Position numbers and translations under genes: made by a program. Below are positions 51,856 through 63,220 of a DNA stretch of 64,000 nucleotides, in pieces. How positions within the stretch are numbered: the first letter of the stretch is position 1; each line of letters opens with the position of its first letter. Location: NCBI GenBank assembly GCA_012026655.1, contig JAAILG010000375.1:1-64000 (forward strand), given 5' to 3'. This stretch comes from Hydrolagus affinis (taxonomy: Eukaryota). The notes under the pieces are model-generated. The model was given only the letters and a program-made list of their open reading frames with translations, was not told where the DNA came from and searched no databases.

Positions 51856-53472
51856 TGTCAAAGGGACAGTCGTTTGATTGGAGTTGGAATAATATTTTGA
51901 AAAACGCAAACACAGCAACCAATTTGCTCACAATAATCAGTTTTGTTTGGGGGATTGTGAGCCAAAGAGCCAGGAAAAGAGGAAAGAGCTTGAATAGTGT
52001 CATGGGACGTTTAACATCCATCTAAGCAGGGACCTCAACTTAACTTTGCCTCCATCTTAAATCACAATGAAGTGCATTTTGTGGTCAATTCTTGCAAACA
52101 CATCAACCTGCAAAACACAAAGATAGTTTTGAGCAGTTACTTCAGACCAAAAAGGGGCAATTTTCTCTTTGTTGGATTACAAAGGGTTAAATATACATGG
52201 CTAAAATTTTAACTGCTTGGCTGTAAACTACCATGGCAAGCAACCCTTCATGCTCTTATTAGACCTTTCTATGAACAAATGAGCATGGATATAGCACTTC
52301 ATGTTATTTTAATATCCCGGCCATAATATGGAATTGTTTTGCATTCTGAAAAACTTTGGAAATATTAAACCATATTTATTTATTTTAGTAACACAAATAG
52401 TATTAAAACTGAACTTGAAGACCAAGGAGGTTTGTAAATTGGAGACATTCTTTGAAATGATCGCCAGATTTTCTTTTAACGTGTGATGCCTGCAGTTTGT
52501 ATTTTGCCTCTGGCTGAATCAGTAAAGACTCCAGAGAGTTTCCTGCAAGTCTGTGCCATTAACACAGACATCCTGCAATGCTCTGCCATTGACATTGGGG
52601 TTAATTAAATATATTTCTCCATCAATTTTTATTCAAGATTATTGATGGCGATTAGATGTATGACAATGTGGCGAAAAAGGTCTTAGCTCACCAATCCTTT
52701 TTTTACTGCTTGTTTGTTTTTCAGAATGTAATATTTTTTATAATGTACTAACCACACAGAGTTCCTGAATAATCAGCAGGGTAAGAGCTATAGTAACATT
52801 TTTCCAGTGAATTTTGTGCAGGACCAGAAAATTACTTCTGAAATAGAGTCATTTTTTGGCATTTGGCAGGTTTTGGTCCCATTCTGTAGGTCAGTTGTCC
52901 TGAGGATAATTTTCCACATCATCTGTGTCTGTGAAGCAGTCCACAACTAGCAGTTTTTAATAGGATTGCAAATTACTTAAAGGCTGTAAAGCTTGGAGAC
53001 ATCAGGGTGGGCATACGGTTCTGAACCAATCAGATGCAGCAAAAGGATTTCAGTATTTGCTGGTTGGCTCGTGGTTCGCTCTGTAAATGCTGCTGTTTCC
53101 CATTGTAACCTTTATGCAAACATAGTGAACTTGCCTCTTGGTAAATCACTGTCTCATAGCATGTACTGCTTGAGGCACTCTTAATAATAGGGAAACTGAA
53201 TAAAGCACCCAGTCAGTTAGCTATCCCTACATACAGGATTCTCTGATCATAATGTATCATACCCTCTTTTAATACAACAAGTTGCATTTATATGTTGCCC
53301 TTCATGTGGGGTACAGTATCGGAACACTTGAATACAAATATTAAACATAGAAATATATTAATCTATGATTGGTAACAATATATTGGAATCTCTGAAACAC
53401 TACTTCTTCTGTAATACAGGACATTGCTCATGCTATCGCTATGGTAATAGTAAAGCACATAAAGCACATCAT

Positions 53473-54027
53473 GGAGTCCTGTAGTTCAGTGGTTAGAGCA
53501 CTCGCCTTGCAAACGAGAGCCCTGGATTTGATTCCAGGCAGGGCGAAACCTTGGGCAAGTTTCCTTACTCCACTTGCCTGATAATAATCCCTCAAGAAAG
53601 AAAACAATAATAAATTGGTCATTTCAATCCAGGATTGTTTGTGGGACACTGCTGTGCCCAATTGGCTTCCGTGTTTCGCCCACAGATATACAGTCAATTC
53701 ACTTTACAGTATATTCTATGAAACGCTTTGAGACAATTACAACAAAATTACACTTGTATAGCGCCTTTCACATCGGGAGGACGTCTCAAGATGCTGGATA
53801 GTCATTGTTTCAGAGCCAAGCTGGGGTCGGGGACAGGGAGGGTGGAGGGAAAGGGGGAGAATTGGCGTGACCGATGGGACCGTCGAAGAGGAAGGCCTTG
53901 AGACGGGACAAAGGATGCCAGTGGAGGGACTTGAGGGATGGAGTTCCAGAGGTTGGGGGCAGAGTGGCTGAAAGCTCTCTCTAGAAGACGTGAATAGCGG
54001 TATATCAAGTACGAAGATTATTATTAT
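53473..54027 (+). mobile_element. Young SINE, full length, split by an antisense L2 fragment
   Basis: The SINE breaks at tttgagac (53734) and resumes at tctagaagacgtg (53980). Confidence 0.93.
53735..53979 (-). mobile_element. L2 3' fragment nested in the SINE
   Basis: Minus strand reads RAFSHSAPNLWNSIPQ, then UTR, stem-loop and ttgttg tail. Confidence 0.92.
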
Positions 54028-55443
54028 AAAATCCTTAGGACAACATTCTCAGGCACAACATCTCATATCGCTGGATGGCATCTACTTAGGAAATGTTTCA
54101 GAAAGATGAAGGAAACTGCTGCACCAACAGTTTAATCAAATCAGTAGCTAGATCAAGGGTGGATATGTGAACTGATGAAAACTTACTGAGGTGTTTAAAT
54201 GTGAGGGGCAACGCAGTGAGTCCAATGATGTCTCATTTGATGTCAACAAATGAGTCCTTTCCCGAAGAGGCCATAGGAAATTGACGGAAGAGCTGGAACT
54301 GCAGAAAAGTTTTCACCAAGGCTATTGAGGCCAGTATCGTGAGATTTGGTAAACTGAGCATGGGTTAGGTGTTTAAGATGAGAATTTTTTGATTGACATA
54401 ATCCAAAAGTAGAACATGTGCTGCATTTAATCATTGATATCTTTTTTAATACTGAGGCCATCTGAAATTCATCAGGAACACTGCTTTAGCTCTGAAATAC
54501 TGTTGAAGTAGGTACTGCTTGCTTGGAGGCAGTGAATTAAAGAAAATAGTCACCATCTCCCAAGTACTGTAGGTGTATTGTGAGCTCTGTTGGTTGTCAG
54601 ATTCAATTGTGTCGCATGCAGGTTATATCCTTAAAAATAGTATTTTTGTTGATGAGCATCTTTTTAATCTTAGACATTCGCAGGTTTGGTAGTTATCTGA
54701 GCATCAAACACCATCAGAACATAATTTGCAAGATGTTCTTTTGCATTTAGCGCCAGTGAGTTGGCAGCTATACACCCAGTGGTAACTTGTTTGTTGTCCG
54801 CTAACAGAACTATTGTATCTAGCCTTGCTGTCAGAGATTTATTACACTCATTTTGTTTTTAATGGAACTCTTGGATGATGTCCTATTTTTTGTTGAGATA
54901 GGTGGTTACTTGTTTGGTACTATTATTGCTGCTGCAGTGTCATATTAGAGAGAAAACAAGGTGAGAGACTGTGAGAGAGAGAGATGTGAAATGGTAGGCA
55001 TGCAACGGCTGAGCATTTAGTGAGTAGAAAGAGTAGTAAAGTGGGTGGCAATAAGGAGTTCATGTATGTACTCAGTCTTAGAAAACAATCCCCTCGTAAA
55101 TACACAAGAGCCAGAATGTATTGATGACAATATAATTGTGTTTAATGTTTAATTGTTGCTGATTAATAAACAATTTCTCATTGAATAATTACATTTTGCT
55201 TACTGTCCTGACATATCCTCTCCTGTTAATATTTTATTTGAAAGCTCTGCCTTTTGCATTTTCCAATATGATGTTCATTTTTATGATGCACTTTTATGAG
55301 ATTATGGATTAAATGATGTTCCTTGTGACCATTGCTGTGCCTCGATATTGATTCACTGAAAATCTTTATGTGTTCCTCTGATCCAAGGACACTGAACTCG
55401 CACGGGCAGTTAACTGTTTTTTCTTCTGCTAAGCAATGTTTAA

Positions 55444-55562
55444 TCTCATAGTGTCATGGCTAACTGTCCCCCAGATAAAATACTTCATGGCTGTTGGTGC
55501 GACATTGCTATATGAAAATTGACAACCACATTTGCCTAGTCACTACACCTTACAGTGCATCC
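55444..55562 (+). repeat. Copy 1 of a local ~118-bp duplication (old DeuSINE-like sequence); copy 2 at 55973-56090
   Basis: Both copies share the idiosyncratic string gacattgctatatgaaaattga.aaccacatttgcct.gtcactaca.cttacagt.catcc. Confidence 0.9.
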
Positions 55563-55570
55563 TTTGAAGC

Positions 55571-55654
55571 ATTGTATGATGCAGAGGAAAAAGCAGTTAA
55601 CTGGCTATGAACTTGCACAGCCAATTCATTGCTTTTTCCTCTGCATCATACAAT
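55571..55654. repeat. 84-nt inverted repeat with perfect 25-bp arms
   Basis: attgtatgatgcagaggaaaaagca ... tgctttttcctctgcatcatacaat, with further imperfect inner pairing. Confidence 0.95.
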
Positions 55655-55972
55655 CTACACCAAGAGCTGAAGAAACCATGAAGCACATTCTATGTAATTG
55701 CTTTTCAGTAAGAATGTATTATATTTCAACCTAACCTCTGTAAATCTACTGCACCTATTCTCGACTTTGTGTTATCACCAATTATCGGATTGCAGAAGTA
55801 TTCAGTTTGAAGGCGCAAAATTGATCAAAGTTAGGAATCCCAGATGCTGTCCTACCTAAATAGCAAAAACCTTTGAATAATGTGTTTAGTGCACAACATC
55901 ATAGATACATCATAACATTCAGAGAATTTAAAGAATCTACAAAACCAAGTCAATTCATGTATTGTATGGTTT

Positions 55973-56150
55973 CTCATGGTATCATGGCCAACTGTCCGCA
56001 CGATAAAACATTTTGTGGCTGTTCGTGTGACATTGCTATATGAAAATTGATAACCACATTTGCCTCGTCACTACATCTTACAGTACATCCGCTGACACTC
56101 TTTGTGATGTCCTCTTGATTTGCCGAGCGCTATATTAAATACAAGGGTTC
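55973..56150 (+). mobile_element. Copy 2 of the duplicated old SINE fragment, with its tail retained
   Basis: Continues into ctttgtgatgtcctc...gagcgctatattaaatacaagg. Confidence 0.8.
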
Positions 56151-56785
56151 TTATTCTTTATTAATTAATTGTACTGAAAAATGGTGTGGTAGTAATGTGT
56201 TAATATCTGCCAACATTTATGGCTATGGTTGGATTCTCTGTGGACCTCTACCAAGAGAAAAGACTTTCTGGTGGAATCACAGGCATTGTAAAGATAACAA
56301 AAACAAATCTAATCAGGAAAAGATCAGTTGTTATACAGTATTTTCATTCTCAGTTGCTTGGAGACTTTCGCATGCTGAAATGTTGGTAGTGTATATGCAT
56401 TCCATGAAACCCTGGATGGAATGCAGATTAACTATCAAATCTAAAGCGCTCTAGGACTTTATCATGCATGAGGGATGCAATATTGTTGTTATTGTAAACA
56501 AGTAATGTGGTTCTTATTTCTTTCACAGAGCTCCATTATTCTACATGAAGTTGTTGTTTTTGTTCATTAGGCTGTTGCAAAATGGTGTTGGACCTGAGCT
56601 GTAATATGATTACAATTCATACTTTGTCAGCAGAGATGTCTGTGTTCAAAATGAAATTCCAAAACATTTTGACGTGAGGACTTTGATTCCACTACTCAGT
56701 GAAAGTGTGGAAATGGAAACCAAACTTCGATATTAGAAGTGGCTGTAATGATGAAATGGCTGCAGAGCCCCTTTGCAAGAATTGT

Positions 56786-57108
56786 GGAGTGCTTTGGCTC
56801 AGTGGTTAGAGCACTCGCCTTACAAGCGAGAAACCTAGACTTGATTCCTGGCAGGAATCTTGGGCAAGTTTCCTTACTCTACACACATGATAATAATCCC
56901 TCATGAAAAAAACAATCATAAATTGTTAACTTCAATTCACAACTATTTGTGGGACACTGCTGTGCGCAATTGGCTGCCACATTTCGTCCATATATATTAT
57001 ATACAGTATATATAGTCAATTCACTTAACGGTATATTCTGCGAAGCGCTTTGAGACGTCTAAAAGATGTGAAAAGTGCTATATATCAAATGCGCATATTA
57101 TGATTATT
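56786..57108 (+). mobile_element. Young tRNA-derived SINE, full length
   Basis: Head ggctcagtggttagagcactcgccttacaagcgag, family body and tail. Confidence 0.94.
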
Positions 57109-58017
57109 AATGTATCTAATACAAATGATAATAAGCAAAGTTTGAAACAATTTTATTTTAATTTATTTCTGTTAATGTAATTTTAAATTGGGTGGAAATT
57201 ATTTCAAACGCAGCTGACATAGAAGCACCTTCACTTTTGCAGTTGTTTTTCACAGTTATACTTTATGGATTTTGTTTGCAGTTTATAATGCAAATATAAA
57301 TCACAGAGACAACCAAAAAGATTTTTGCACTATGGATGAGTTTTGGTAGCTTGTTGCTTTCCTCCAATATACACTGTGCACTTCCAACTAGTTTTCATCT
57401 CCTCAGGAAGCGAATAACCACAGGTAACTTCAATATTCTCCTTCACTAAATAAAAAAACAAATGAGTGGTAAATGCCAGGATGTCAATCTAATGTTATAC
57501 TGCCTGAGCAGTTGCATTCCAATAAGGGTATTTTCCTTGGCTGCAATTAAACTGGAAGCATAAGTGTTGCAGAGCATATTTGATTATCAGAACAAATGCT
57601 TATCTCTCTGATCTGCAATTTCATCCATAAATATAAAGGGAGCAGACTGAGGTTATGTAATCGCTGAATGCCCATAAAGGCAAGGAGGTGATTATAGGTA
57701 AATTGACACTTGCACTTGTGAGATGATCTGATAACCCCAGAGGGCCCCAGATTTAATGGAAAGCACCTCTGAGCTCTCACTTCAGTAAACGAGAAAATCA
57801 GTGGAAGAGAAATGTTGAATAGATGCCAGTAAACAGAAGCCAGGAGTATTAAGAGAATTACAATTATGATACAAATATCTGCTATAGAATAGTAAATTTA
57901 TATCTCAGCCATTATAGGAATCTATACTCTGTGAACTAGATTTCATCTGCGTGTTTAACCCAAGGTGGAAAACTGGTCATTATATCCAACAACTTTAGAT
58001 CACACTGTAAACATATT

Positions 58018-58290
58018 ATAATAATACTTGTATTTGATATCACATTATTGAGACATCTCAAAGTATTTCAAAGATTTTACTATGAAGTATAGTGACTGTG
58101 CATTTGTAGACAAATGTGGGAGCCAATTTGCACACAGCAGCGTTCCATAAATAGCCATGAAGTAAATCATTATTTTTGTCTGGAGAATTCTTGTCCAGGA
58201 CAGCAGGGGAAACTCTCTACTCTTTTCAGAACTACTATGGGAACTTCAACGTGCAACTGTTCAGTTTCATGTCTTATCCAAAGGACAGTC
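58018..58290 (-). mobile_element. Older DeuSINE-like element
   Basis: gagccaatttgcacacagca core with the SINE tail complement at the left end. Confidence 0.75.
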
Positions 58291-58539
58291 AAAGCATTAT
58301 TATATTCTTCCGTCTTTTCAGAGCAGCTTTTATCTCTGTAAACAGAATGTTGATCAAGCAACTTTCTTCTCAGTAATGTTGTAAAAAATTGCTTTGGAAT
58401 TATACCCTTTTGGTTTGCGTCATTTGACCCTTGTGTTTTATTCCAATGTATACTTCTATAATGGAAGCAAATTTTCACTGAACATAATGGCTTACAATGA
58501 AGAGATTTTATGGTTGTCCCACCTGATCTCCAGTCAGTT

Positions 58540-58750
58540 GAGGTCCACAGGATAAAACTATCCACAGCATTGTGTTAATTAGCCTCACCAATATCGCTCG
58601 GAGGCCTATAAGATAGCTTATGTGGGAAATGAAAATGTGCAAATGTCAGTGTAAAAGAGGAGTTTTTCATATCATCTGTCTTGATTGAATTTGAGCTAAA
58701 GACCAGAGGTGAAAGGGTAGTATTGTAACCCATTGCCCACCCAATCTCCT
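58540..58750 (-). mobile_element. LF-SINE-like relic
   Basis: Reverse complement contains ggcaatgggttacaatactaccctttcacctctgg...ctcaaattca, as in LF-SINE heads (ggtaatgggatac...cctttcacctctagg). Confidence 0.45.
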
Positions 58751-58945
58751 TGATGCTTTATTTTATTTCCCCTACCTGAAGGGTAGATTTATTTTTATTT
58801 TCCCTCTTTTTACTGTTTTGTGTCTCTCATTTGAATTATTTATTTCTCCTCCTAAACTGGCCTTATCCATTTTTAGTCTCCTGCTGTTTATCACTGGTCA
58901 GTTTCTCTCTGCTCAGTTATCATCACTACTGTATTTCATTCATAT

Positions 58946-59310
58946 GGAGTCCTGTAGCTCAGTGGTTTGAGCACATGCCTTACAAGCGTGAGATCTGTGT
59001 TCGATTCCAGGTGTGAAAACTTGGGCAAGTTTCCTTATTCCACACGTTCAATAATAATCCCTCAAAAAATTGGTCATTTCAATCCACGACTATTTGTGGG
59101 ACACTGTTGCAATTGGCTGCTGCGGTTTGCCCACAAATATACAGTCAATTAACTTTACAGTATATTCAGCGCCTTGGGACGTCCTCACAATGTGAAAGAT
59201 GCTTTAGAAATGTAATTTTGTTGTTGCTTTTTGTTATTCTGTGAAGTGCTTTGAGATATCTGGAAGATGTGTACAGCACTATATCAAATGCAAGAATTAT
59301 TATTATTATT
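58946..59310 (+). mobile_element. Young SINE, full length, split by a sense L2 tail-only insert (59168-59234)
   Basis: The insert agcgccttgggacgtcc...ttgttg is flanked by duplicated tattc. Confidence 0.93.
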
Positions 59311-60214
59311 GCTCGCCTCCCTCTCCATCCCCTTTTGCCAATTCTGTTGTGATGTCTTTCTCCCACCTCGAGTTAACTTCCAGGTTGGTGTCTTCTGTTC
59401 TCCCAGTTTTCCTTCCTGTTTCAGTGCCAAATCTCATCAACACATCGTCTGAGCCATCAGGGTGGTGTGAATGGTGCACTGTATCAATCTCACAGATCAT
59501 CTCATTCCACACAGACCCACTGAGACTTTGATCAGGAGAAGTTTATGTTTCAAAATCAGGTGCGCATGTCAGACAACGTGATTTTGATATTTATTTTTCC
59601 CAATCAACTCCACGTAGGACACTGTACTTGCAGTCATCCACAAAATACATAATGTGTGCCTTTGTTAATCACCAAGAGCAAATTTCAGTTTATAGGATTC
59701 ACTGGAACTACATTACTGTTACACTGAGTCATCCTTACTATTCGCATAATTTCCATTGCACAGATTGAGATGACAAAGAAAGCAGGATTGACTGAGATGT
59801 CCAACTGCTTAGTGCTGACAATTTAATGGATATTACTGTAGCATTTAGAGAGTTTCCATGCTGTGCTTCATGGGTTTCTTCACTTAAGAATCCATGTGAA
59901 GCAATTGATCACCATGGATTATTTCTGGGATCAGAATAAATACAAATGAAAAGATGAATTAATGAGAGGAGTTTTTGATTTAAACATATTCCCTAAATTC
60001 CGTGCACTGCAATGTACTGGTACTCAAACTGTGGTGCCGTGTATTGCTACATTCCAGTCTCAAGAGTTTCATTTTTTACTGTAGAGAAGGAACAAATTGA
60101 ACAAAAGCTTCTCCAACCACTTCTACAGTAGTTGTGAGTGAAAACATCAGCAGGGAAGTCAGTGGGTCTCTAACATGTGGGTCTTGTTGGCTGGATCAAG
60201 AGGTGTTCTGATCA

Positions 60215-60274
60215 AGCGCTCTGAGATACCGTCCGGCGTGGAGGGCGCTATATAAATCGAAGTTGTTGTTGTTG
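60215..60274 (+). mobile_element. L2 tail-only insert (second subfamily), CpGs intact
   Basis: agcgctctgagataccgtccggcgtggagggcgctatataaatcgaag(ttg)n. Confidence 0.9.
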
Positions 60275-61686
60275 GTTCACGTTTTTTTTAAATACATTTT
60301 GTGGCTTAAGGTGTGCGATTTAAAAAAAAAACTTTGTCCATATTACTACAGTGACTCATTCCATTTCCTATTTAAATTTATCAAAAGAGCATTGCAGATT
60401 ATCACCATTCATGTAGTATGTTCAATGGCACAGTTAGTAAAGGTGCAAGTGTATTTCCTACAACATGCAGTCACTGTATTGTACAGTTACCTTGTGACAT
60501 GAAATGCACTATACCAATTGCAACTATTATGACGATAAAGATGGTGCTGATGATGTGTGGACCTGAGTTATGCAGCCTAGGAAAATCCTAGTTTATATCC
60601 TTGATATGTGATGCATTAGTTATGTAATATCACACATGAAAAGTAAACTCATGGGCAGAATATCGGAGGGCATTCCAACAGTCCACACCCAGGGATGTTT
60701 TTTAACCCCAGCATTGTTCAGTGGTTTCAGGTGAGAAGGGAATAAATTGGATCAATTCCTGATTTATTGTGCCACGACAGAGGTATTAGTGCTTTGAGGA
60801 AGCCTTAAGTGAGTTCAATTATCTTTTCTTGCTTGTGCCAGCTTAATATTGTTACCTTTGTTGGAATAACTGATATATTGCTTTGAAGACGCGTGTAATC
60901 CTATGCAAGGAATAGCCTTTTCAAACCCGTTGACTTCACTGAGACATGATTTTCGTAATCTTACTATCCATTTTTTCAAGGGGGTTTTCATGGTGTTCAT
61001 CATTGCAGAACAGAGGAAGCAAAGCTCATCTATTGCCTGACTACCCACCAATGCCTTGAATTAAACTGCAACATTATCACTGGCAATATCCTCTGCTTTC
61101 CCACCATTACTATTTCCCTTCTTCATTCTCTTCCTTATGCTTATTCTTTCTCTGTGCCTAATCTCTTTATCATTGCCACTTATCTCTCATTTCTGCCTAT
61201 TTCACCACATCTGTCTGTCATTGTCACCTCATCTGTTTCCTGTATACCCTTCAGTACTTCATTATTCATTCTATTTCACACATCAGCTTCCTTACCTCCT
61301 CAACTCTCTTCTCACTTCATATTACCCCGGGCTGTGTTCCATGTCCCAACTCCCCTTTCTCTCATTTTCTCTTCCAGAGGGCGCTGGCTGAAACATTATG
61401 TCTATATCCTTCTTTGATTTTTCAGTGTTTATCTTTTTGTGCATAATTACTGCTGAGTGTGCATCTTGGATTACTACAAATATGATGAGATAATGTCTTT
61501 TAAATAGTTATTGTTAAAGTCAACCTTCAGAATTGAACAGTAAATTTAATGAATAGAACCTTTACAAAAGAGAATTGATTCCCCTTTTTGCATGCTAGCT
61601 CAAGAATTACTGTAAACTAATTCCATTTAAAATAACACCCATGATACAAGTCAGTTGATGAAGAGTATATTGCCTATGGCAATATG

Positions 61687-61935
61687 GAGACACCGTTCAG
61701 CGTGGAGGGCGCTATTTAAATCGAAATTGTTGTTGTTGTTATGGCACTATTGAGAAGAGAATGGAATTGTTTCCAGTGTCTTGACCAACAATCTTCTCAA
61801 TAAAATTTGGACAGTGCTGGGTGCAAAGTGGTTACCCCCGGTTGCCTGCAAAATACATAATTTGCTGCACTTTGCAGAAAATCCTGTGAAGCGCTTTGAT
61901 GTGAAAGGTACTATATCAAATGGAAGGATTATTGA
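61687..61935 (+). mobile_element. L2 tail (61687-61740) directly followed by an old DeuSINE-like fragment
   Basis: gcgtggagggcgcta...(ttg)n, then atggcactattgagaag...cctgtgaagcgcttt...aaggattatt. Confidence 0.75.
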
Positions 61936-62924
61936 TGTTTCCAATTTTCAGTCTGGAAAGATTTACTATCCTTGTACTGTACTATCCTTGGCCTCACCAG
62001 TGTCTATGTAAAATACCTGGATTCATTATTTATCATGTAGGGATTTGTACACAGGTAATGTCTTCAATACTCAATGATAGAACATATTGGCCAGTATATT
62101 GCCAAAGTCATCAGCTGAGCACTTCAACCTTCTCAAATATGGATTTGTTTTACAGTGCTGAGTTCCAGCAAAATAAGAGAGTTTAGTGCAACTAAACAAT
62201 CCACAAAGTCTGAGCCTTCAGGCTGCAATTTCAAAGATCATTCTCCCACCCCACACTCAGGATCTGTTGACCTGCACTGCAAGATGCACACAGCTTGCTA
62301 ATTAGAGCAAACACTGTGCATCCATATACATGACTAATTCAGGGGCTGAAGGGAGCCAGGAGCTCATCAGAGAAGGGAAAAAAAAGCAATTTGATAGTAT
62401 AATCATTGCAATGATTTATAAATTTGAACAGGTGAATGGACAGTTTGGAGTCTATACCAAGGAAGCAATGCATCAAGGAGTTGAGATGTTTCTTGTGTTT
62501 GCTTTTGAGATGTTACCATCTAGAGAAGCACTTCTATATGTGATACTGACTGGAATTTACAGACCAATCAAAGTACTTTCCGTCAATTAAAAGCTTGCTT
62601 ATCTTTGGAGTGGTAACTAATGCATTGCAATGTAGAAACATGTGACTTAATACTAAAGCTGATCATTGACCACCATTAATGTTGGAATTTGATTGGCTGA
62701 ATAACACAGCTGGGTCTTTGCAAATAAGAAGGAATCTTGCTGAAGATCTAGATGTACTGATGCAAGGATTATTATTATCTGTCACCCGACTATTGTGAGT
62801 GTGGGAGAATTAAGAGAGCACAGAATCTAAATCAGAAATTTGAATAAATGCAAATTGTTATTGATCTTGTTGCACCCTGTCATCAAGCAAAAACGACAAC
62901 AAAATTAGAGAAGGGATTAGAAAT

Positions 62925-63220
62925 TAGAAAGTCCCTTCTCTTTCTTTTCATATGATCTTTAATCTTTACATGAACCAGCCGACAGGACCTTAGTTTACCA
63001 TCTTAACAACAACAAGCTACATTTGTATAGCGTCTTTCACATCGGACGCATGGCACAAAGCGCTTATACAAAGAATGGTACCTCCGACAATGCAGTACAT
63101 CTCTAGCACTGAGGCCCATGATTGTAATGTTAGGTGAGACTAAGAACTCAAAGTCCTAATGTGGAGAGTGAACCCACATTTTTCGAACCTGAGGTGACTG
63201 AGTCAACTGAGTCAAGCTGA
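62925..63220 (-). mobile_element. Older DeuSINE-like 5' half with a nested L2 tail (63005-63065)
   Basis: ggtacctccgacaatgcagtac...gaacccaca...caactgagtcaa, interrupted by aacaacaacaagc...aaagcgctt. Confidence 0.7.

Noticed and set aside
59306-59531. Overlapping ORFs on both strands
   Set aside because: Low-complexity pyrimidine-rich sequence next to a SINE tail, with no protein similarity I can recognise.
7075-63065. Recurrent palindromic ~35-60 nt motif as a CRISPR-like repeat
   Set aside because: Copies are dispersed on both strands with no regular spacers and no cas genes, and they match the ends of longer L2 fragments.
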